24,654 bases of DNA from a virus (taxonomy: Duplodnaviria; Caudoviricetes), in the IMG/VR virus record IMGVR_UViG_3300048576_000047, positions 1 to 24,654 of that record; one strand, 5' to 3'. The notes under the pieces were generated by a model, which saw only the letters and a program-made list of their open reading frames with translations, was not told the DNA's origin and did no database searches. Position numbers and translations under genes: made by a program. The number at the start of each line of letters is the position of its first letter. Position 1 is the stretch's first letter. Positions 7,928 through 15,982 of the stretch are shown one piece after another.

Positions 7928-8652
7928 ACAAAGCGAGGGTCCAACAGGAAGTTCACTTCCTCCCAGAATCCACAAGAGTGCTTCAGACCGATCCTGGTCT
8001 CATACCATTCCCTCTTGGCCATCAGTGCCTCACGAAAAGCGATGTGATCGGGCATGGGCCAGGAGGCGACTTCGCGCAGCTTCACTCGGTCCGATCCGTC
8101 AACCGACCTGATTGCGATCCAATCGCTGTAATTCAGGTCAAGCTTTCCGCTCCCCAGAGTCTCGATTTCCTTCTCAGCAATTGGGTATCCATAGACAACG
8201 TGGTTTCCGGTTTCCGGCAGATAGATTTCCCATGTGGGATCGGGGCCTGTGATGTAATCGGGAATTTCCGGTTCCAGCCAGGGAGTAAGATCGATGACAG
8301 CGCCATTCGGCTTTCCGCATTTGGCACATGCCCCGCCAAGTTTCAGTGTTCGTTTCGATGTTGCCATACAGTAAACATTTAGTGCGACTTGGATGTAATC
8401 GGGCTCGCTGAGCTTTCCCAATGCGACTTGGATGCAGTCGGGCTCGCTGAGCCTTCCTATATCCTGGATGCTTGGTTTTTCTATGTCTCCCAGCCGCACC
8501 ACACATCGTGCGCAGAAATCCAGCAGTGCCCGCGCCTTGTTCGAGTCCTTCTCGTAGACAGCAGTCTCATCATTACCGTCCGGTTGCACGATGACCGTTT
8601 CCAGCCCACTGAGATGTAACTTGATGCTCTTCGTCTTTCTCGTCTGTTCCAT
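7906..8652 (-). CDS. Tail/baseplate assembly chaperone (T4 gp26-like) with CxxC and HxC motifs, about 248 aa
   Basis: Located between tube and TMP; two-lobed layout with CAKCG and HSCG. Start reassigned to ATG 8652 (upstream GGGGA); the longer ORF start runs through an intergenic hairpin. Confidence 0.7.
   Translation of the reverse strand: MEQTRKTKSIKLHLSGLETVIVQPDGNDETAVYEKDSNKARALLDFCARCVVRLGDIEKPSIQDIGRLSEPDCIQVALGKLSEPDYIQVALNVYCMATSKRTLKLGGACAKCGKPNGAVIDLTPWLEPEIPDYITGPDPTWEIYLPETGNHVVYGYPIAEKEIETLGSGKLDLNYSDWIAIRSVDGSDRVKLREVASWPMPDHIAFREALMAKREWYETRIGLKHSCGFWEEVNFLLDPRFVWPGLIV
8383..8457. repeat. In-frame tandem duplication, 39-nt period
   Basis: 8383-8418 and 8422-8457 match at 33/36 nt; encodes G(R/K)LSEPD(C/Y)IQVAL twice. 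Confidence 0.92.
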
Positions 8653-8675
8653 GTCATTCCCCGATACTTGGATTT

Positions 8676-8710
8676 GGGCGCATCGCGCGAAATGCGAGGT
8701 GCGCCCTGTC
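8676..8710 (-). repeat. Family A REP-like hairpin (degenerate)
   Basis: GGGCGCA...TGCGCCC stem, the same as in 24383-24408; minus strand begins GACAGGGCGCACC versus GTAGGGGCGCACC. Confidence 0.55.
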
Positions 8711-8783
8711 ACAATGGGAGGCACTCAATTGCTGCTAACCTCCCCGTCGTTTCGCCGCCCGTGATGGCGGCCTGTGTATCCCC

Positions 8784-9251
8784 TTAGCGCTGACGCCACT
8801 TGAAATAGTTACATTGGAATTTGACCGTGACTTTCAGCGCTTCCTTCTTGTCCTTTGCGTCAAATTTGGGCGTCTTTATCGGCTCGGACGGCCAAGCGTC
8901 CTCAATGTCGCCGATGATCACCGGATCATAGTTAGGGCCGAGCAGTCGCACCGTGCCATCCCGATAGTATTTCTTCTTGTCATGGGTCTGCACATCCGCT
9001 CGCCAGCTCTCCATCTTGAGCAGAACCGGATCGTCGGCAAAGCACGTGAATTCCACCGTGAATTCCTCGATCTTCTCACCGCCAGCTTCTTTAATAGTGA
9101 TCGACTGCCCGCCGCCGTCGATCTCCACCACTTCGAACTTGCTGTTCGGAGCCTCGAATGACGCCACGGTGAACGGTTGGAACCCGTTGAATTCCAGCAG
9201 GAACATGTGCACCAGGAGAGCAGCTCCCGCACCTTCGATGTCTCTGATCAT
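8784..9251 (-). CDS. Tail tube protein, T4 gp19-like, about 155 aa
   Basis: FLLEFNG, KYYRDGTVRLLG...IEDAWPS...FDA and VTVKFQC motifs; ATG 9251 overlaps the sheath TAA and follows GGAGG. Confidence 0.9.
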   Translation of the reverse strand: MIRDIEGAGAALLVHMFLLEFNGFQPFTVASFEAPNSKFEVVEIDGGGQSITIKEAGGEKIEEFTVEFTCFADDPVLLKMESWRADVQTHDKKKYYRDGTVRLLGPNYDPVIIGDIEDAWPSEPIKTPKFDAKDKKEALKVTVKFQCNYFKWRQR

Positions 9252-11548
9252 TACACCCTCCTGACCCATCCGGGCAGCTCATACAGTTCGGAATAGTTGG
9301 CGAACGGCTCACCCGTCCGAGTCACGCCCAGCTCGCAGATGAGGTATCGAATCACCCGTGTGGGCTGAATCAAAATGCGGCACCGATATTTCCCCTGATC
9401 TATGTCGAGTCCGGTATTCAGGACAGCGCCCTTCAATTCGCCGCCTGCGAAGTACGCTTCCTTATCCGTTTGAACGAAATACCCATAAACCGCATATTTT
9501 CGTGCTTCAAGCCTGAAATAGGGCTCGAGTATTCTGTGGATCTCGCCCCATATGACTGGATGGTTCGGGTCGAACACATACCCGAGCAGGACCGGATACA
9601 GCGCCAGCTCATACGTTTTGACGAGCCACACCACGTTGAATTCCCGGAATGCCGAGGAGTTCAACTGACAGGTATAGTTCCCCCAGAGCTTTGCGCCTTC
9701 CCATCCCCTATTCTGAACGCTTGTGGGAAGCATACGCAGATCGTTGATCCCGTATTCGGCAAACAGATCGGCCTGTGCCGGATCTTCACCAGCGTTGTGT
9801 TTCAGGCCCAGAACACCGTCGCACGATCCTCGTTTCACCCCGAATGGTGCCCAGGATGGTCCCTTATCCTGGTCTGTCTTGCTGATTGCAGCCCCCAGGA
9901 AAGATATGGCAGGGATGGGAATCTTGCCGTTGTTCCGTACGTCGAATACTTCCGGCCAGCCGTGCGTAAGGGTGTAATTGCAGGAATCCAGAGCCGCATG
10001 CGTGTACGGCGGCTGGCCCATGCGTAATTTCACCAGCTCATCCGGTGCCGTGTCGTCCGGCAAATTTCCATGGCCGAACTTACCGATCTGGTTGTTGCAC
10101 CAGGCTGCCAGTTCTATATGGGCCGTCATGGAACTGGTCCCGATTGCCATGACATGGATCGCCGGTATCAACGTTTTCAGCGTCGACCACACGCCGGTCT
10201 TGGCAGCGGCATCACCGATCCAGTCAGCATCGGTCAGCACACAGCTCCCGTCGTCACCTCCGGTAAAAGGGATGCCGTCATTGCTGATTGCAGGCCAATC
10301 ATACGGAGCCGGGTTCGGATCGTCTGCCGTGTCCTCTATGGTGGTAAGTTCTGAATGGCTGTTGATGTAGTTTTTCCAGTATTTCGGACTGTTCGTATTC
10401 CGCTCGAGATCCTGAAAATATTCTTCTCCGGACCCCGGGATCACGATCCGGACATTCATGGCAACGCCTGAGCGTTGCGGCCTGTCGTAGAAGTAGATCC
10501 TGCATCCTTCGTTGTTCGCGTAACTGCCGTGTCCTCGCATCTTGGCTCGCCAGGGATACTTCACCAAGCCGTTCGTGCCGGAATGCACGTTGGTGTCCAG
10601 TCCCAGAGCAGCGGCTGCCGTGGATGAGGACTGCACCTGCACAGAGGAACTCTCGCCTGTGGTGGCAGACGTGATACTGAGCTTCCCGCTGAGACCGCTT
10701 GCGGTTGCTCCTGAAAGAGCGCCCAACTGTGCGACGACTTCTGCTGACGTCAGCGTAAATGCAGCGGTCTCGCCGTGGGCCGGCTCCAGATCGAACGTCT
10801 GGTTGGCCCCGCCGTTAATTGAGAGCACGAGCGAATCGGTTCCCTCAACACGGGCGTATACGCCGACATTGATGCCCAGTGCGGAATAGCAGTCGTGATC
10901 GACCGTCAGGATCTCCAGGCTGTGCAGGGGATTGATTGCCTCAACATGGACCTTGCCGCTCACGACCGTCGCATTCAGGCCGTTGCTGCCTGCATTGATC
11001 TCGTCACATGCCTGCTGCGCAGTTTTTGCAGCATTCTGCGTGAGCGTTACCGTCTGTTCAGCTCCCCAGCTGCCCGGCACGCCGCCACGCACTTTAAACG
11101 TATCGTTTGCGCCTGTGGTGATTGCATACGGCCCGATTTCGCTTCCTGTCAGGCGGCCAGAAAGCGCCTGCTGAAACGGAAACGGTCCCACTGCGCTCTG
11201 GATGAATCCAGCGGTGGGTTGCCCCCCACGGTCCGGGATAAGGCAACTCGCAGCTACAGCATCCATGGTGGAAGGGTCTGTCACGTCCTCGCAATGGATC
11301 AACCTGATGAAGACGACTCGGCCGCCGTTCTTCAGTTGATTGATGACAGCGAGCGGGTCTGTGCTGAAGTCGACGGTATTCCCGAATTTCTTTGTGAACT
11401 CTTCAGGTCCGTTCTCGAACATGGTCGGTTTCCAGGGCTCTCCTCGTTCGGATTGCCCCATCACGATGACCCAGCCCTTCGCAACGGCATTGATGTAGTT
11501 CGAGAGATCTACAACCTGCATGATGACTCGGGGATCGCCAAGGGTCAT
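9251..11548 (-). CDS. Contractile tail sheath protein with inserted domains, 765 aa
   Basis: N-terminal GQSERGEPWKP...EEFTKKFG...NGGRVVFIR; FTGGDDG; C-terminal WAPFG..RG, GINDL, LWGNYT, FREFNV, VFDPN...W. Confidence 0.93.
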   Translation of the reverse strand: MTLGDPRVIMQVVDLSNYINAVAKGWVIVMGQSERGEPWKPTMFENGPEEFTKKFGNTVDFSTDPLAVINQLKNGGRVVFIRLIHCEDVTDPSTMDAVAASCLIPDRGGQPTAGFIQSAVGPFPFQQALSGRLTGSEIGPYAITTGANDTFKVRGGVPGSWGAEQTVTLTQNAAKTAQQACDEINAGSNGLNATVVSGKVHVEAINPLHSLEILTVDHDCYSALGINVGVYARVEGTDSLVLSINGGANQTFDLEPAHGETAAFTLTSAEVVAQLGALSGATASGLSGKLSITSATTGESSSVQVQSSSTAAAALGLDTNVHSGTNGLVKYPWRAKMRGHGSYANNEGCRIYFYDRPQRSGVAMNVRIVIPGSGEEYFQDLERNTNSPKYWKNYINSHSELTTIEDTADDPNPAPYDWPAISNDGIPFTGGDDGSCVLTDADWIGDAAAKTGVWSTLKTLIPAIHVMAIGTSSMTAHIELAAWCNNQIGKFGHGNLPDDTAPDELVKLRMGQPPYTHAALDSCNYTLTHGWPEVFDVRNNGKIPIPAISFLGAAISKTDQDKGPSWAPFGVKRGSCDGVLGLKHNAGEDPAQADLFAEYGINDLRMLPTSVQNRGWEGAKLWGNYTCQLNSSAFREFNVVWLVKTYELALYPVLLGYVFDPNHPVIWGEIHRILEPYFRLEARKYAVYGYFVQTDKEAYFAGGELKGAVLNTGLDIDQGKYRCRILIQPTRVIRYLICELGVTRTGEPFANYSELYELPGWVRRV

Positions 11549-11835
11549 TTCGGCACCTCACTTTCCCGCGGAGGCTCCAGAGCAATGACGCCCTGGTCAC
11601 GCAATGTGTAGGTCTGCGGGGAAATCCATTTTCTCAGGACCGCCTTGCTCCGGTTCATCTCTTTGCCGCGAATCTTCGGGCCGCAGTGCTCTGAGCGAGC
11701 ATTCAACAGCATGAAGTCACGCGGCTGACTCGTCAGGTTGACAATGACTACATAATCGCTCGCAGGCGGACCCGTGCTGATCGGGACATCCTGCGGGCCC
11801 TCCATCGACTCCTGATCTTTTTTGCTCTTGGCCAT
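11545..11835 (-). CDS. Small hypothetical pre-sheath protein, about 96 aa
   Basis: ATG 11835 after GAGGTG; stop overlaps the sheath start (ATGA). Confidence 0.75.
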   Translation of the reverse strand: MAKSKKDQESMEGPQDVPISTGPPASDYVVIVNLTSQPRDFMLLNARSEHCGPKIRGKEMNRSKAVLRKWISPQTYTLRDQGVIALEPPRESEVPK

Positions 11836-11860
11836 GTTCACCTCGCAATCGTGTCCCCGG

Positions 11861-12742
11861 TCAACCAGCGAACTCCAGTTCCGGGGTAATGATCGATTTC
11901 ACCTGATAGGACTGCCGCCGTTCGAGCCATATGCAATCCACCTCACACCAGAAGGCAGACCACCACTCGGGAGCGGCCAGCTCATCGAAATTCTTGTAAT
12001 CGGACCGCCTGAAATGTGGCTTCTGCCCTTTGATAACGGGCCAGTGCGATTCAGGAAACAGATTCATCACCATCGGCAGCAGCGCATCACGCTGGGCTTT
12101 GTCTGCTGCCCTGAGATCGCACTGAAAGGTGAGAATGAACGGTATCGGATAGGGCTTGACCGTATAGCTCACCGGACCGGTCCGGGTCAGATGAGAGACG
12201 AATCCCACCGGCAAACCGAGTATTTCGCTCGCCGTAGATCCTGTGAGTATTTCCAGATCGTGCCCTGCCTGATCTGCTTCGATCCTGACCCTGCCGTGCC
12301 GATAGGTAGCAACAATGCCGCGAGCCCAATAATTCACAGCACGAGCAATTTCCCAGGCATCGCGGCTGCCGGGCAGTATTGTGACGGTCTGATCAGGTCC
12401 CCAGGCACCCGGCGTGCCCACGCGTAATTTCAGGGCTCCGTTATCGCCGTCGATCACGAACGGTTCAGCCTCGGAAGACACGATCTCTGCTTTGAACAGA
12501 TGTCCGAGTTCTTCCTTGATCTGAATCGTCTGTTGTTCCTCTGACGGGATGAAATACGAACAATGCGGGCGGTCCAGTTCTTCTTTCGGTTCAATGTCCA
12601 GCGACAAAGCGACGCAGGGCAACGCTGTTTCACCATGCTCACGCTGGGAATCCGGTGGATACACAGGGAGTGGCGTCACGCCATCAGGCAGGAGAATCTT
12701 GCGGAATGGATTGACGACATAATCTGTGACTGCCTGGATCAT
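11861..12742 (-). CDS. Putative tail terminator/completion protein with an inserted ~100-aa domain, 293 aa
   Basis: Position between the neck genes and the sheath; LPCVALS and PIPFILTFQCDLRA motifs; ATGA-type spacing with the upstream gene. Confidence 0.65.
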   Translation of the reverse strand: MIQAVTDYVVNPFRKILLPDGVTPLPVYPPDSQREHGETALPCVALSLDIEPKEELDRPHCSYFIPSEEQQTIQIKEELGHLFKAEIVSSEAEPFVIDGDNGALKLRVGTPGAWGPDQTVTILPGSRDAWEIARAVNYWARGIVATYRHGRVRIEADQAGHDLEILTGSTASEILGLPVGFVSHLTRTGPVSYTVKPYPIPFILTFQCDLRAADKAQRDALLPMVMNLFPESHWPVIKGQKPHFRRSDYKNFDELAAPEWWSAFWCEVDCIWLERRQSYQVKSIITPELEFAG

Positions 12743-13455
12743 TTCTTAAACGCCCTCTCCACTGCCTCTTCGTAATTCTTTGCAACCGGCCCGGCGCATT
12801 CTTTTTCAGATGGTCTAAAGAAGGGCCTCGCTGGTATGTTCCGTTTCGGCGAACCGAATTCGTGGACCGCCGCAATGTTCACCAGGTCTCCGCCTTTGGC
12901 CGTGGTGTTTCGCAGCACACCCACAAAGCCTTCATTCCAGCCCTTTTTCTGGTATCTGATGTTGCTCATGAGCGTTGCAGTCTCAATGAGGATCTGAACC
13001 CCGGCCTGGGACAATCGGCGTGCCAGCGTCTGGTTGCTCTCCTTCGGGCTGTGAGCCACCTTCTCCTTCTGGAGCTGAGCTATGAGCCGCTTCTTGCCCA
13101 ATTTCGCCATCTGCCGCACGAGGTGCCGGCGAAATGCCAGTCGTTCTGCGAGCGTCAAACGGCTCTCTTTGGGGCTGAATGCAATGCCTTTTGCAGCCAG
13201 CCGTGTCGCAAGAGTTTTCTTGGACAATTTCCTGAGCTTCCCAGCCTGGAATTCGTGAGCTTTGCGTGCCTGTGTTGCAGGCGCAAGCGGAGCCCAACCC
13301 AGATCCTGTTTCTCGAAATGGCCGACAACGGTCTCCTCGATTAATCGGCCGTTCGTGTCCGTCGCGGCCTTGACCTCGGTCTTAAATTTTTGTCCGACTC
13401 CTGAGAACAGTCTTTCGAGTTTTTCCCAGTCGCCGTATTTTCCACTTCCAGCCAT
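12739..13455 (-). CDS. Virion morphogenesis protein (Mu gpG / HK97 gp10-like) with a basic duplicated insert, about 238 aa
   Basis: WAPLAPAT..RK, ILIETATLMSNI and IAAVHEFG....IPARPFFRP motifs. Confidence 0.88.
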   Translation of the reverse strand: MAGSGKYGDWEKLERLFSGVGQKFKTEVKAATDTNGRLIEETVVGHFEKQDLGWAPLAPATQARKAHEFQAGKLRKLSKKTLATRLAAKGIAFSPKESRLTLAERLAFRRHLVRQMAKLGKKRLIAQLQKEKVAHSPKESNQTLARRLSQAGVQILIETATLMSNIRYQKKGWNEGFVGVLRNTTAKGGDLVNIAAVHEFGSPKRNIPARPFFRPSEKECAGPVAKNYEEAVERAFKK

Positions 13456-13558
13456 CACTCAGATTTGCCCCAAACTGCGTTTAGATTCGTTGCAAACTTG
13501 TTGCAAAGGTCCCCGGTGATACATTGGCCGTCCGGACCCTTGAACGTCGCAAATTCGA

Positions 13559-13981
13559 TTATTCTGCGTAGCCGAATTCCGAACCCGGAATTGACCGGTT
13601 CCGTTCGACCGCCAAGCGCACTATCACCTCGATCATGTTGTGGATTCCGGCCAGGGGCACGATGTCCTTCCGCAGAGGAAAGTCTTCGGCGTAATCCCAG
13701 CGCTCGCCATCGATCAGAAAATACTGCGTCACGTTGAGCTCCACTCCTTTGGCAGCAAGTTCCTTCTTGAGGAAATAGAGCCGTTTGTTCAGGCCGCTGC
13801 GCATTCCCGAGCTGTCGATCTCCAGACCCTCATCGCCTTCGCTCTTGGCCAGATCTTCGGCAATGCACGTCAGAGCTGTCTGGACGCCTTCCTCATCGAC
13901 CAGGATCACGGCATCGCCGGCCACTTCCTCGAAGACCTCATCAAGACCATTGCGGATCTCGGCTATTTCGTCCGGGGTCAT
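13559..13981 (-). CDS. Putative head closure/stopper protein, about 140 aa
   Basis: Position after the connector; YFLIDGERW beta-rich motif; ATG 13981 directly after the upstream stop. Confidence 0.6.
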   Translation of the reverse strand: MTPDEIAEIRNGLDEVFEEVAGDAVILVDEEGVQTALTCIAEDLAKSEGDEGLEIDSSGMRSGLNKRLYFLKKELAAKGVELNVTQYFLIDGERWDYAEDFPLRKDIVPLAGIHNMIEVIVRLAVERNRSIPGSEFGYAE

Positions 13982-13982
13982 C

Positions 13983-14378
13983 TCACCAGCTCTCCACCCC
14001 CAGGAATGGGAACGGTTTGGTAACAAGTTCTTTCAGATCTTCCGGAGCGGCCTCTCGTGCGGCCAGCTTCACCTGGTTCGCGAGCTGCGATTGCAAAAGC
14101 TTCAGGTAATCCTCAGCCTTCTGCCATTCCACTTCCGCAGGGCCGCCTTTGGCTTTCGCCTTCTTCTGGGCAAATTCGAGGAGCACAGGCCCGATCAGGG
14201 CATAGGCCGCCAGCACAGAGATATAGACCTTCTGCTGATCGGTCAGCGTGCCCGGAATCAATCCCTGCAGGACTGTCTGGGCTTCCACCTGCCGCGGTAT
14301 GGCGTCCTCGAGCCCTTCGCTCTTGCTCAGAACCGGAGCGAATTGATCTTTCACGAGCTGTACGGCATCTATGGCCAT
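13983..14378 (-). CDS. Putative head-tail connector/adaptor, 131 aa
   Basis: Helical protein with a KAKAKGGPAEVEW hairpin, located downstream of the capsid gene. Confidence 0.6.
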   Translation of the reverse strand: MAIDAVQLVKDQFAPVLSKSEGLEDAIPRQVEAQTVLQGLIPGTLTDQQKVYISVLAAYALIGPVLLEFAQKKAKAKGGPAEVEWQKAEDYLKLLQSQLANQVKLAAREAAPEDLKELVTKPFPFLGVESW

Positions 14379-14381
14379 TGG

Positions 14382-14828
14382 TTATCCCTGCTGTTGTTCC
14401 CACTCTGCCTGTGCGATCAGCTTCGCCAGGGTCTCGGCCTTGGGTCTTTTCGGAACATCGATCCCGTGGCGTTTACAGGCCTCTCGCAGCTCGGCCATGG
14501 TGAACTTTGAATTGATCTGCTTTGCAGTCCGAGCGAGAAACGACTCTCTGCTTTCCGGTTCGGTAGCCACATCGGGAACCGGCGCTTCCGGTTCCTCGAT
14601 GGCTTCCGCTGCCTCTGGTGTGCCCGGCTCATCAGGGCAGACACTCGGGTCTGCCCCTACCGATTGCGGAGGGGCACAGCGCACGATCCCGCCAAACCGC
14701 AGCCGCTCTTTCGTGAGCCGCCCCACCGGTTGCGTCAGCTCCTTGACGTCATCCCTGGACAGGCCGAATCCGGTTTCGGGATCGAAAAACGATCCCTCCT
14801 GATTGGCCAGCGTCACGTAATCAGCCAT
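14382..14828 (-). CDS. Hypothetical protein with an acidic linker and a C-terminal HeH/SAP/Rho-N-like motif, 148 aa
   Basis: FTMAELREACKRHGIDVPKRPKAETLAKLI; upstream GGAG; typical post-capsid position. Confidence 0.75.
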   Translation of the reverse strand: MADYVTLANQEGSFFDPETGFGLSRDDVKELTQPVGRLTKERLRFGGIVRCAPPQSVGADPSVCPDEPGTPEAAEAIEEPEAPVPDVATEPESRESFLARTAKQINSKFTMAELREACKRHGIDVPKRPKAETLAKLIAQAEWEQQQG

Positions 14829-14840
14829 TTCGCTACTCCA

Positions 14841-15956
14841 TTAAGCAGCCACTTGTTCCCAATCGGCAGGGAAGCCGTAGGTCTCGAAAGCCTTTTCGCA
14901 ATTGAGAATGATGCGGGCTTTCTTATTGATGTTTTCGTAACCGGTGATGGTAGCCACCGTTACACCGCTGACCATGCGCTCCGGATAGCGAGCCTCCTCC
15001 GGCACCACCGGCATGAAGACGAGCTGCCGGGTCGAACGCTTGTTGTTTACCAGCAGGGCTTTGTTGTCCGCCATTCTGCGGCTGATGATGTGAAGCACCT
15101 GCCCCGGCTCGATGTCGTTCAAGGGCTTCAAATCGACTCGCGGCGATCCGTATCCCTGGTTGTTACGGAATTCCGCAATCTTCCGTATGAGCGATGCGGT
15201 GGCACGGTTGGTCACCATCGTGAACCAGCCCTGATTGATGGCAGCGCCGAATATCCAGGTCTGATCGAAATCGTCGTATTGAAAATTCTTTGTGGTATCC
15301 ACGACGCCTACCTCGGCAGCCTCGTCACCCCCGGATCGCTGATCGCCGTTCACCAGGACGTCAACCACGTGATCGTTTTCCTGAGCCACGATGGTAGCCG
15401 CGACTTCTGCCAGATACGGTTTCAGTAAATTGATCGGGGCCGATTTTGCAGCTTCATCGGTGATCTCGATCATGCGTCCTTTCTTGGTCAACCTGACGGT
15501 CCGGTCGCCCGTCGTGATAGTCGCCTGAGGCAGCGTCTCGCCTTCACCCACCGCTGCGGGACCGGCATCCTTGTACTGGATCTTGGGCGTGATCACGGTC
15601 ATACTGCCGACCGGCTCACCGACAGTCGTGCACAGATGCTGATACCAGGCGGTAACCGGATCGGCCTGGAGCCCTTCCACGACCATGTCCCGGATTTCTT
15701 CGCCAGCCAGAAAACGAAAATCGTCCTTCCTGTGGACCAGGTTGCTGAGTGTCATCTCCCACGGGAATGCGCCCATCTCCAGATAGAGATCGCGTTTCGT
15801 CATGGGCTGGCCCTTGTCGTTCGTGAGCTTGAGATAGTCCTGCATGAATTTCTCAAGGGAAGCGTCTTTGCCCGGTCCACCGTCGAATCCCCGCAGCTTC
15901 AGGAGCGGCTCGAAAATCTTCTCTCGAAATGTATTTTTGAAGCCCAATTCAGCCAT
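14841..15956 (-). CDS. Major capsid protein (HK97 fold), about 371 aa
   Basis: AAVGEGETLP...TVRLTKKGRMIEITDEA motif; ATG 15956 with GGAGG RBS (ORF track over-extends the start). Confidence 0.9.
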   Translation of the reverse strand: MAELGFKNTFREKIFEPLLKLRGFDGGPGKDASLEKFMQDYLKLTNDKGQPMTKRDLYLEMGAFPWEMTLSNLVHRKDDFRFLAGEEIRDMVVEGLQADPVTAWYQHLCTTVGEPVGSMTVITPKIQYKDAGPAAVGEGETLPQATITTGDRTVRLTKKGRMIEITDEAAKSAPINLLKPYLAEVAATIVAQENDHVVDVLVNGDQRSGGDEAAEVGVVDTTKNFQYDDFDQTWIFGAAINQGWFTMVTNRATASLIRKIAEFRNNQGYGSPRVDLKPLNDIEPGQVLHIISRRMADNKALLVNNKRSTRQLVFMPVVPEEARYPERMVSGVTVATITGYENINKKARIILNCEKAFETYGFPADWEQVAA

Positions 15957-15982
15957 CGTCGTGTTCCTCCCGTTTTCTCTGG

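Noticed and set aside
8754-8771. Intrinsic terminator after the tube gene
   Set aside because: GC-rich stem but no U-tract on the coding strand; kept only as a structured-RNA observation.
15-12742. Stand-alone eCIS, tailocin or T6SS
   Set aside because: Contiguous with terminase, portal, protease and capsid genes; no Afp15-like ATPase or T6SS membrane complex in the window.
13459-13524. 21-codon ORF whose TGA is in frame with the gpG-like start (possible readthrough or selenocysteine)
   Set aside because: No RBS, no evident SECIS-like hairpin, and the downstream protein appears complete without it.
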